Shown here one piece after another: positions 1 to 10,954 of a stretch of 64,000 bases of DNA. The first letter of the stretch is position 1, and the number at the start of each line of letters is the position of its first letter. The position numbers were made by a program, and so were the translations under genes. Source of the DNA: Schmidtea polychroa (lineage: Eukaryota); the NCBI GenBank assembly GCA_044892525.1, contig CM097885.1, positions 53,260,001-53,324,000 of the forward strand. The letters run 5' to 3'. The notes under the pieces are model-generated. The model did no database searches, had not been told where the DNA came from, and saw only the letters and a list, made by a program, of their open reading frames with translations.

Positions 1-954
1 AGCGGTAAACAATGTTGTATCTTGGGTTACGCTGGTAACAGCACTAAAGAGCAAAATATTTGATCATCAGTAACCCACCACGAGTCAAGAATAATAAATA
101 AGTCTAAAAATTGGCAACGATAATGGAAAAAGAGAGATATAAAGGACGACCAATAAGGTAAACGGAGGAAATTATAAAAATCGGAAACAAACATGAACAG
201 AATAAAGACTACATCAATGAAGAAAACTAAGATAGAAACAAGAATACAAGTAATGTAAGTCAATAGATAGAGATAAGCCAAGGAAAAAGACAGTTAAAGT
301 AGAGAAAACTATAGAAACGAAGAAAAGGAGTGTGAATTAAATAAGAAGGATCGAAAAATTTACGTAGGAATTTGAGAACCAATGTGTAAACAAAACTAAC
401 GACGAAATGAATATTAAGATATGCCGGCACCCAAAGAAACCAAAGTAAAAATATTGCAATTGCACTATATAATATATATATTACAATTTATAAATATAAT
501 AAACGATAGGGAGAAGTGATATTTTTCTATTCAGGTAAATCAATCAAACAAGCCAACAGCCAAGTATCAGCAACCAACTAGAAGTTATTGTCAAACAATT
601 AAGCCAAGTTCAGAAATATTGAACCAATAACAAAGCATACCAGATCAAAACAGTTAATAATAGAACCAAGTTTATTGAAAGAAGAAGAATTAAAAGTTGC
701 AAAGAAAACAAGGCGAACTATTAAACCCACGCAAGCACAAGAAATCGAAAAGCAAAATCAAAAAGACATCTCAAAGACCAAAGGTCGATCCATAAAAGGA
801 AGCAGTGAAAAGGATTTCAAAAACAATAGACCAAGAAGCGTAAGACGCGTATCAGAACCTCAGGAAGGAAAAACTCTATCTGAAAACAGAAATAATAAAA
901 GTGACATAAACCTAATAAAAGAAAAGACAAACGGAAAAAAAAATACAATTAGAG

Positions 955-3237
955 ATGGTAGATACAACAGCCCAAATGGAAGCGATCAACAAGAGACTCA
1001 GTGAAATGGAGATACCCAATTTCCAGGGAAAATATAATGGCGAAAAATACGACGGAAAACCGAACAAACTATCAAACTTTATCCAACATTTTGAATTTTA
1101 TTGCGATGCTCTAAAATGGACAAACGAAATGATAGTGAGAAGACTCCCACTATATCTAGCAGACGACGCGTTTAATTGGTACGTCGGAATAAAAGAGTGT
1201 ACAACCCCACTAAAAACCTGGAAAGAAGTTAAGGAAGCTCTGATAAAAACATTTGGAGAAGCAAAAGATGCACAATACAAATTTCTAGAATTCTTCAATC
1301 GAGGACAAGCAGTGAATGAATCAAATATACTGTACGCAAGCGCACTAAGACATCTAGCCAAACCGCTATTCAGTGAAAAGGATATGGAAACACAACTAGT
1401 AACCCAATTTGTAAAAGGATTGCGACGAGATGACATTAAAGGTGTAGTAGGATGCAAAATCTGCAAGACGCTGGACGAAGCAGTAGAGGCAGCGAATGTA
1501 AGCGAAATGTACACCAAAGTAACACAACCACCAAGTAGGAGGCACATCGCAGATAATCAACCTCAACACCACAGACAGTGGAGTCATAACAACAATAATC
1601 AAAGAAACGACAATGACAATGAAAGCAAGAGGTTGAATAATAGAAACATTGAAAAATTTTGTGATGACTGCAAGAGACAAGGACACTGGCTCGATGAATG
1701 TCATGGACAAAGAAGATGTTGGAATTGCGGTAAGAAAGGACATACCGCAGTAAGATGTGGAGTATCCAAAAAATGTTTCTCGTGTGGACAAGGAGACCAT
1801 CTAGCAGTTGCATGTACGAATAAAAGAAACCAACAACGGAGTGACAATAAGGATACGTCAGCAAAGCAACTAGCTGAAATGCAAAATCAAATAACAATTC
1901 TCATTGGACTGTGCAGTAACATGATCGATTATCAGTTTCAAGCGGAAGGAAAACAACAATCAAGAATAAATGTATTACAATGTGTGGGAGGCACATTACA
2001 AATTCAAAATATCCGAACAAAACAACAACGAGAATGGAATACCTTACAGATCGCGGAAGCACGAGAAGCGGAAGAAAGATGGAGTAAACGAAAAGAACCT
2101 CAGGCAAGAAGAGAAGAAAAATATTGGAAAACGAGAAAGGAAGAACTTTTAAAATTGGATATAATGAGACTAACCACCAACGACAACCAGAGGGAAAAGA
2201 TAAAAGGAATATGGGAAAGAGAACAAAAAAGAGTAATACAAATCAATATGATGAGAATTATAACGAGCAAAGAAATAGATTTACAAAAAATTCCGGACTC
2301 AAGGATCGAAAGCGAAATAATTGAAAAACTGGAACAGGTAATATTAGACCATCAAAACATCAAAACATTTGAGGACAATCAGAGAGATTATACCGGCATC
2401 GATAGTCAGGTTGGAATTGCAGTAATCCCGGAAAAGCGCGAATCGAAGAATGGTGAAAATCACGAAAAACGAAATAATGAAAAAACGCCAGAAAAGTACA
2501 ATGACATAAACACGTTAAAAATTGAAAGCGGGTGCGAACCAGATATCGAATGGGACGCGAGTACAAACAATTACTGGAACAAATACCAACCACAAGGACA
2601 CAATGAGCGCTATCGGTTCTTCGATAAGACGTATGGGAATTGTCAGAAAAATGAGCACAGAAAAAATAAATATCGCCGCATAAAGAGGTGTTACGAATGT
2701 AAAAGAACTGGACATTTAGTCAATAACTGTCCGAATGGGACAAACCCAGTGAGAGATCAGTCACGAGAATACGTCACAGAACAGAACAATAAAAAATATG
2801 TCGAAAACAGAATTTATCAGCCAGAAATTAGAAAACACCAATCTCCAATGTTAATAAAACAACAGTCGACAAATGTACAGAGACGGACAAATGACGTGAA
2901 GGAACAGGTGAAACCCAACGCATACGAGGAATTGAGGAGACAATGTGTGGAACAGTGCAGGTTAATAATGGAACTAGTTGTAAAAGAAACGAGACAGGAT
3001 GAATTGATAATGATATGGAGAAAGGTTGCAGAAAACAGAACAAGAGAAAATGAAGTACTCAAGACAACGATACTCCGACTAAAAGAAGAAGCAAGGTCAG
3101 CCGAATTAAGAATCAATGAAATAACGAGTAATCAAGAAAAATGTAAAGATATGGCAGAAGAGACACAAATGATGACAGCCAAGGAAAAGCAGAAGGGTAG
3201 TCCAAAGGATGTAGTGGAAATTAACGTGGAAGTGTAG
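955..3237 (+). CDS. gag: Gypsy/Ty3-like Gag polyprotein (760 aa): capsid region plus four CCHC zinc knuckles; no pol downstream
   Basis: The N-terminus (LSNFIQHFEFYC...LPLYLADDAFNWY...TWKEVKEALIKTF) resembles a retrotransposon capsid. Four CX2CX4HX4C knuckles: CDDCKRQGHWLDEC, CWNCGKKGHTAVRC, CFSCGQGDHLAVAC, CYECKRTGHLVNNC. No protease, RT or integrase motifs seen in 3238-4265. Confidence 0.85.
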   Translation: MVDTTAQMEAINKRLSEMEIPNFQGKYNGEKYDGKPNKLSNFIQHFEFYCDALKWTNEMIVRRLPLYLADDAFNWYVGIKECTTPLKTWKEVKEALIKTFGEAKDAQYKFLEFFNRGQAVNESNILYASALRHLAKPLFSEKDMETQLVTQFVKGLRRDDIKGVVGCKICKTLDEAVEAANVSEMYTKVTQPPSRRHIADNQPQHHRQWSHNNNNQRNDNDNESKRLNNRNIEKFCDDCKRQGHWLDECHGQRRCWNCGKKGHTAVRCGVSKKCFSCGQGDHLAVACTNKRNQQRSDNKDTSAKQLAEMQNQITILIGLCSNMIDYQFQAEGKQQSRINVLQCVGGTLQIQNIRTKQQREWNTLQIAEAREAEERWSKRKEPQARREEKYWKTRKEELLKLDIMRLTTNDNQREKIKGIWEREQKRVIQINMMRIITSKEIDLQKIPDSRIESEIIEKLEQVILDHQNIKTFEDNQRDYTGIDSQVGIAVIPEKRESKNGENHEKRNNEKTPEKYNDINTLKIESGCEPDIEWDASTNNYWNKYQPQGHNERYRFFDKTYGNCQKNEHRKNKYRRIKRCYECKRTGHLVNNCPNGTNPVRDQSREYVTEQNNKKYVENRIYQPEIRKHQSPMLIKQQSTNVQRRTNDVKEQVKPNAYEELRRQCVEQCRLIMELVVKETRQDELIMIWRKVAENRTRENEVLKTTILRLKEEARSAELRINEITSNQEKCKDMAEETQMMTAKEKQKGSPKDVVEINVEV

Positions 3238-4265
3238 ATGAAAATAGTAAAAAGGAAGTGAACATATGTAAAAATTGATGTATAAATAGCAAACTAAATG
3301 TACTAGATGTATAGGTATAAATTGATGTATAATGTGGCAAAAGATCGATGTATAAATAGAAATGGATCAAGTAATCAGTTGGGAAAAATACAAAATTTGA
3401 ACCCTTACAATGGTAAAGGAGAACAGAGACTCAAATGAGAAGAAAGAATATAAATCCAGAAGAAAGATAAAGATGCAAACCTAGAAAGAATGAGTTAAAC
3501 GAATATCTAAAAATAATACCTAATTTCGAACCCCTAAACAAAGAACGGTAAAAGATCCTGATAAATGAGACGAAAGTCACAGACCCAGTGACATTAGAAA
3601 CTTAATCAAATCAAGCGAACTTAGACCAAAATCGAAAATAATTCAAGTTACCCACTAGAAGAAGAAAACCCCTTAATAAGAGCAATACCGTAAACAAAAC
3701 CACCAAGAAAAACCAAAAGAAAAATCAATGTGTCAAATCACCCAGTTGAACAAAAGTTCCGAAAACCCTGGATCAAGGTCCGTCAATACCATCAAATGAT
3801 CCAGAAAATCAGAATCCCAACCTAAAAATCCAAAGAGAATATGGGAAAACAGTCAAACCCCGATAGAGAGAATCCTATGATCTTCAGTAAGTATTACGAG
3901 CTAATTATGAAAATCAACAACAGGAATCAAACATGCCTACAAAACCCAGCCGAAAGATTGAAAACCGAACCCAGAAAAGATAAGAAACAACCAACTGAAG
4001 AATTGATCCAGAAATAAAACTTTTGCATATGACTCGTACTTGAGTTTGGACACTGTATCAGTATGTATGTGTATTATGACCAGTCACTGTATGTGGCAAC
4101 TGCTTGAATTTGAGCTTAGACCTTTTTCTGCTAATTGAATTCTAACATGTCTTAAACTATTATAGTATGTTTATAGGTTAATGGGAATGTAATAGACTAT
4201 GACCTGGGAAATTCATATGTCTAACAGAATTGCGGGACGCAATTTTAACGGGTCCCGGAGTGATT

Positions 4266-5919
4266 TGTTGGGCTGAAAACGATAACTGAGAGTTTGTTTT
4301 AATCGATCGAAAATACCTAACACAAAAACCGCAAAGTTGAAAAAATTTATGACCAAGGTTTAATTTAAAATAAATAAAATAAACTACATTACACATTAAG
4401 AATCAATAAACCCCGTATAATAGAATAAAGAGATAAATAAATTTAACAGAAAATTCAACACTTAAAAATTTAAATAGAAAAATAATAAAATAGAAAATGG
4501 AATTAGTTGAAAATTATTTAAACAATATAAAAATTAAATCGTCAAAAATAATAAAATTAATTAGCATTATGTAAATTGTAAAGTTTATAGAATTAAATGG
4601 TTATTTAACTTATTAAATTTAAAGAATAAAAATGTTTAAATTAATAAAAATTAATATAACTCAAATTAGTTAAATTATAAAATTTGTAAAATTAAAATTA
4701 ATAAAAATTAAATAAGAAATTAATTAAATTTATGAAATTAAAACAAATAAATAATTACACACATTCATGCATGTGTGCAAAATCAATTCAATAATTCTAG
4801 CACTCTGATTGGATAGAGTACGCATTCAAAATCAGTATAAATACTGATCACAAATTCAATTGAAACACACTCTCACTTTTTCCAACATAGCCACTTAATT
4901 TGCAGAACTCTCAGTTTCGATTTTATGCCAACGTGGATGTGGTAATTTATTTGTTATTGTTTTCTGTAATTTTTATGAAGTATTTTAATTAATAAATTTA
5001 ATTAATAAATGTCTCGGTTCAATTTTTTTTAGTGATCCTTTTTAATGGTTTAAATTCATTTATTCTAATTCATAGTTTTATTGAATTCAATTATATTATT
5101 TGTTGATTGTGTCGATGGTCTGGGCTGGGGAAAAGTTTGTGGAGGGGCGGCACTACGTGCTGTTGGTCGGCAGATATTTCGCCGGTTGAGTCCATCGAGT
5201 TAGAGGACAGTGATAGTGATAGGAATGATTTGGGAGTGTAATGTCATTTTAGGTCGTTTAGGATTTTATTTAGATTTAGATAATGTAGGTGGCTTAGTCG
5301 CCTTTATGTTTTATAGACATAAGTGAGTTAGGAGTAAAGATGGAATAGTTGAGACCAGTTGAAGATGGATAAAGTTAGATTTATGTAATTTTTCCGACAG
5401 CTCAGGATTAGAAACACAGGCAGATCCCTGCTCAAAATCTTTGAAGAACAATTTAAATATTATGGCAAGTGTGGATTAACTTGAAAATAAGGGCCAATCC
5501 CTGCGCAAATTTTTCAAAGGATAATTTAAATATTGTAGGAAGTGTAGAACAATAATTACTAGCTGGGAAATAAGGACGGATCCCTGCACAAAATTTTATA
5601 AGAGAACAATTAGAAATACCCGTAATTGAGGACCAACATCGATCCAAAAATAGCATATATAGTGAATAAGGACGTAAGACCTTCTATCGGCAGTCTAGAA
5701 CCCGAAAAGAAAATCCAATGGGGAGTAGTTTTAGTAATAGAGCTCACCTGCTCATTGTTTTTTCACCTTTGTGTACAGTACCAACATGGTCGTCGCCATG
5801 GGTACACAAATGGTTTAAATTGCAATAGTCATGGAGGTGCTTAGGAAAGAGTCGAACGATTATGATTACCCCTAACGTATTTTAAATTGTAAAAAGGACA
5901 CACCCCTAAGTAACCAACA
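4266..5919 (+). mobile_element. LTR (1654 bp) downstream of the gag ORF
   Basis: TGTTGG...CCAACA termini, A-rich U3-like part, ATTGG (reverse CCAAT) at 4808 and TATAAAT at 4836-4842. A near-identical inverted copy lies at 7610-9263. Confidence 0.85.
4805..4875 (+). promoter_or_regulatory. Putative LTR Pol II promoter (CCAAT plus TATA inside the palindrome ATCAGTA-TAAA-TACTGAT)
   Basis: Motifs sit at the transition from A-rich to T-rich LTR sequence. The mirror copy is on the minus strand at about 8655-8725. Confidence 0.5.
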
Positions 5920-6403
5920 CTTGGTTAACTCACACTGTATTCTGGGTTATCCAAGAAACAGCATAGCGGGCTATAATTTAGTCACCTGTAACCCATAATT
6001 GGAAATGTTTTTGTTTGCTTTGTGTTATTTGATTTTTATATTTCTCACTTAATTTAATATATTTTCTAATTTCGAAGTTATTAGTGGATTAAAACAACAG
6101 GCTAAGCTCAAAAATCATAATTTAAATTTAGCGCCCTATAATGTTATAGAAATTATAATTTTTCAGTGTTTTCTTGTTACATATTTTTTTAAGTTGTTTT
6201 ACTTAAACTCAAATATTTATTGAATTTTTAAATAATTGTGATACTAAAATAATTACTTTGCATTTGTTTATCTTGATTGATTTTACATTAATTTAAATTT
6301 TATTATTAGTAATTTGTTTCTACAATTTTAGATATTTGCTCTAAAGTAATTATAACAGTGGATTTAGTATCAATTATGATTTTAACATTCATTTGTTTCA
6401 GCA

Positions 6404-9400
6404 ATGTACAAATTAAATTATGCAGTTCAAAATTATGCTTGGGGAAATATTGGGAATGAAAGCGAAGTTTATAATTTATCTCTAGCTAATGAAACTTCAA
6501 ATCTTAATGAAGCTTTACCATATGCTGAAGTAATAGTTTTTTGTGAAGGACAATATGCAAAATCATTATTAAGTTATGGTTGGGTACTCATGTTTCAGGG
6601 CCTTCAATATTAGAAACTTCAAATAAAAGATTGGATGAATTTATTACGGAAAATCCAAACGTACTGGGTGATTCGTGTATTATTGAATACGGAAACTGCC
6701 TCCCATTTTTACTTAAAGTATTATCAGTTAAAACAGCTCTATCAATACAAGTTCATCCAAATAAAGTAGATAAAAATATTTTATTTCAATCAATTAAAAT
6801 TTTTGTAGAAGCAAGCAGAATTTCTCAATAAAGTTGCACCTGATGTTTATAGAGATTCAAATCATAAACCCGAGCTCGCTATCGCACTAACTCGATTTGA
6901 AGCTCTAGTAGGATTTAGAAAATTAGAGGAAATATCTTATTTCATCCAATGTAAGTAGACATATTTTGAGCCTTTTTACATATAGTATTTCATTTAATTA
7001 TAGTAAATTTTGCAAATAAATTTTATTTAATTAATTGAATTATTATTATGAACTATTATTTCTGTTTTTATAAGACTAATAATTAAAATTTAGTATTCAA
7101 TAATCAGCGATCTTTGGAAAATTACAATGTAATATATATATATATATATATATATATTGAAAATCTTTTTCTGAAATTTTAGTCTTATTTATTTATTTTT
7201 CATCTCACGTTGCGTCGATGCGCATTATCTATTAAGAAATATTAAAAAGGTTCTATATAAATTGTATTAAATGTGAAATTCTGATTATTTATTTAATTAT
7301 TCAAAGAAAAAAGGCAAAGTTTAATAATTGAAAATCGCCAACTAAGTATAGCAACTAAGTATAGCAATGTTATATAATATATTTAGTTGGCGATTTTTCA
7401 AATATTTAACTATTATTATTACGAATTATTATTTTTATTTATTATTATTTATTGTAAATCATAATTAACTAAAATTATGTTAGTTAGATTTTTATTTATA
7501 TAACAAGAATAATAAATAAAATTGTGAATAAATTTTTCCTCGAAGTATAATTTGTGTGAAATTTCTAAAAATATAGCATAGATATAAAAGAAACAATCAG
7601 TCTAAATAATGTTGGTTACTTAGGCGTGTGTCCTTTTTACAATTTAAAATACGTTAGGGGTAATCATAATCGTTCGACTCTTTCCTAAGCACCTCCATGA
7701 CTATTGCAATTTAAACCATTTGTGTACCCATGGCGACGACCATGTTGGTACTGTACACAAAGGTGAAAAAACAATGAGCAGGTGAGCTCTATTACTAAAA
7801 CTACTCCCCATTGGATTTTCTTTTCGGGTTCTAGACTGCCGATAGAAGGTCTTACGTCCTTATTCACTATATATGCTATTTTTGGATCGATGTTGGTCCT
7901 CAATTACGGGTATTTCTAATTGTTCTCTTATAAAATTTTGTGCAGGGATCCGTCCTTATTTCCCAGCTAGTAATTATTGTTCTACACTTCCTACAATATT
8001 TAAATTATCCTTTGAAAAATTTGCGCAGGGATTGGCCCTTATTTTCAAGTTAATCCACACTTGCCATAATATTTAAATTGTTCTTCAAAGATTTTGAGCA
8101 GGGATCTGCCTGTGTTTCTAATCCTGAGCTGTCGGAAAAATTACATAAATCTAACTTTATCCATCTTCAACTGGTCTCAACTATTCCATCTTTACTCCTA
8201 ACTCACTTATGTCTATAAAACATAAAGGCGACTAAGCCACCTACATTATCTAAATCTAAATAAAATCCTAAACGACCTAAAATGACATTACACTCCCAAA
8301 TCATTCCTATCACTATCACTGTCCTCTAACTCGATGGACTCAACCGGCGAAATATCTGCCGACCAACAGCACGTAGTGCCGCCCCTCCACAAACTTTTCC
8401 CCAGCCCAGACCATCGACACAATCAACAAATAATATAATTGAATTCAATAAAACTATGAATTAGAATAAATGAATTTAAACCATTAAAAAGGATCACTAA
8501 AAAAAATTGAACCGAGACATTTATTAATTAAATTTATTAATTAAAATACTTCATAAAAATTACAGAAAACAATAACAAATAAATTACCACATCCACGTTG
8601 GCATAAAATCGAAACTGAGAGTTCTGCAAATTAAGTGGCTATGTTGGAAAAAGTGAGAGTGTGTTTCAATTGAATTTGTGATCAGTATTTATACTGATTT
8701 TGAATGCGTACTCTATCCAATCAGAGTGCTAGAATTATTGAATTGATTTTGCACACATGCATGAATGTGTGTAATTATTTATTTGTTTTAATTTCATAAA
8801 TTTAATTAATTTCTTATTTAATTTTTATTAATTTTAATTTTACAAATTTTATAATTTAACTAATTTGAGTTATATTAATTTTTATTAATTTAAACATTTT
8901 TATTCTTTAAATTTAATAAGTTAAATAACCATTTAATTCTATAAACTTTACAATTTACATAATGCTAATTAATTTTATTATTTTTGACGATTTAATTTTT
9001 ATATTGTTTAAATAATTTTCAACTAATTCCATTTTCTATTTTATTATTTTTCTATTTAAATTTTTAAGTGTTGAATTTTCTGTTAAATTTATTTATCTCT
9101 TTATTCTATTATACGGGGTTTATTGATTCTTAATGTGTAATGTAGTTTATTTTATTTATTTTAAATTAAACCTTGGTCATAAATTTTTTCAACTTTGCGG
9201 TTTTTGTGTTAGGTATTTTCGATCGATTAAAACAAACTCTCAGTTCTCGTTTTCAACCCAACAATAAAATTGATTTTTGTAATCTGGATCAATAATGTAC
9301 CTTTTTTTGGTTCCATTGATTATGCTAGAAATGTTATAATAAATTTGTAGCATTGAGAATTGTGTAAACAATTATCACAGTTCGTCATGTTCCAACATTT

Positions 9401-10954
9401 TGTTTAGTTGTTACGAACTTCGTAATCCATTAAATTGTCAATTATCACGTATTTATTAGCAATATTATTGTGTGTGTGAAAATATTTCACCTGTGCTAGT
9501 TTATCTGTAAATAATTACAGCAATACCACAATTAGGTGAACTGATTGGAGATGTGAGAAAAGGATATTTAAACCTGCTAAGCGAAGAGCAACGATTGTCA
9601 GCTCTTAAAGTGTGTTATAAGACACTAATGTTGTCAAAACAAGAAGCGGTATTATTTTACTATTTTTGCTAATTTTTTTAAATATAAGTTTTAGATACAA
9701 AAAGCTGTAGGTAGTTTAGCTGAAGATTTTCGGAACGGTAAAGCTGTTGAATACTTGACAGAAAAGCATGCTTATCTAGCTGGATTGTTTCTTAGATTAA
9801 ATGAACAATACCCTAATGATGTTGGTTGTTTTTCGGTGTTCCTTTTCAATCTTGTAATTCTGGAGCCGGGAGAATCGGTTTATTTAGGAGTAATAATTTA
9901 ATTACACACATATATATATATATATATGGATTTATACATAGATAAAACTAAAATTCGTTAGTGCTCATCATTAAAATACAATTTATTATATATAATAACG
10001 GACCTTTTGTGGCTATTCCTTTCAAAAGGTACTCATTTCCCATGGTTACTCATCCGCCGTCACATGGTTACAGAGATCACGTAAAATAGTAACATACAAT
10101 TCAAGTGCAATTGACATACAAACTTTGATTTCATGTGTATTGCACATATACAATTATTTTATGCCAATAGATTAAATATCTAGAAATAAATTCAAATTTG
10201 TCTATCAATTTACAATCTCTCTTCTGGCAAATGCTAACTAACATTGACCGTAATCGGAAGAACTAATATTTCCTGAACTAGTGAGTCCCACTGTAACATT
10301 CAGCGCTATGCTAAGATAAAAACTGTATTAAATTCAAGGTTGTGGTAATACATATGAAAACATCTGGATTTATGTGATATATCATAATTATTTGTATTGC
10401 TAGGCCAATATTCCCCATGCATACATCAGTGGAAATGTAATAGAGTGCATGGCCTGTTCTGACAATGTCATACGGGCTGGACTTACTCCAAAATACAAAG
10501 ATATTGAAACATTGATTACAATGCTGAACTACAATTCATTCTCAGTTGAGGATATAAAATTCAAATGCACAAATAAGGAATCAATGTCTGATATGATCAG
10601 GATCGATTTATTTTGTCCCCCAGTTACTGATTTTGCTGTTGAACGAATCAACGTAATTTTGATTGGCATTTATATGCCGTTGGAAATTATTGAATTTATA
10701 TGTAGATTGATCCCAGTCCAATTTTCCATGGATTGGCCGATGAAAACCCAGTTGCATCGATTCTGCTGTTCATTCAAGGGGAAGGAAATATATCAGTTGA
10801 ATCCGATTCTAAAATTATGTTTAACCAAAAATATCATCGCGGAAACAGTTTTTTCGCCGCTGCCAATTTAAGAATTAATATTCAATGCAATTCGAACACC
10901 TTGATATTCCGAGCGTATGCCAATACTACAGAGGAAATTATAATGTCACCGTAA
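6404..10954 (+). CDS. MPI: Mannose-6-phosphate isomerase (type I PMI), 7 exons: 6404-6529, 6574-6765, 6809-6950, 9521-9648, 9695-9889, 10404-10652, 10706-10954 (426 aa)
   Basis: Motifs QNYAWG, PYAELWLGTH, LPFLLKVLSVKTALSIQVHPNK, DSNHKPELAIAL, YPNDVG, ANIPHAYISG, ECMACSDNVIRAGLTPK. All introns are GT-AG and the frame is conserved across junctions. Confidence 0.95.
7316..7411. repeat. Small inverted repeat / MITE remnant
   Basis: TTGAAAATCGCCAACTAA ... TTAGTTGGCGATTTTTCAA, with an internal tandem duplication of CAACTAAGTATAG. Confidence 0.5.
7610..9263 (-). mobile_element. Solo LTR (1654 bp) in MPI intron 3, antisense to the gene
   Basis: Reverse complement of 4266-5919 with only about 3 substitutions noticed by eye. 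4-bp TSD ATAA at 7606-7609 and 9264-9267. TG...CA ends. Confidence 0.9.

Noticed and set aside
675..3116. ORF 675-1004 and the antisense or overlapping ORFs over gag
   Set aside because: Low-complexity A-rich leader or shadow frames of the real gag ORF.
5453..8076. Duplicated ORFs (67 and 72 aa) appearing on both strands
   Set aside because: They lie inside the two inverted LTR copies, so their identity reflects the repeat. No recognisable domains.
4266..9263. A single DIRS-like or giant-TIR transposon capturing MPI exons
   Set aside because: The second copy has its own TSD on both sides, the outer flanks (GATT / ATAA) do not match, MPI is colinear across it, and no recombinase or transposase is present.
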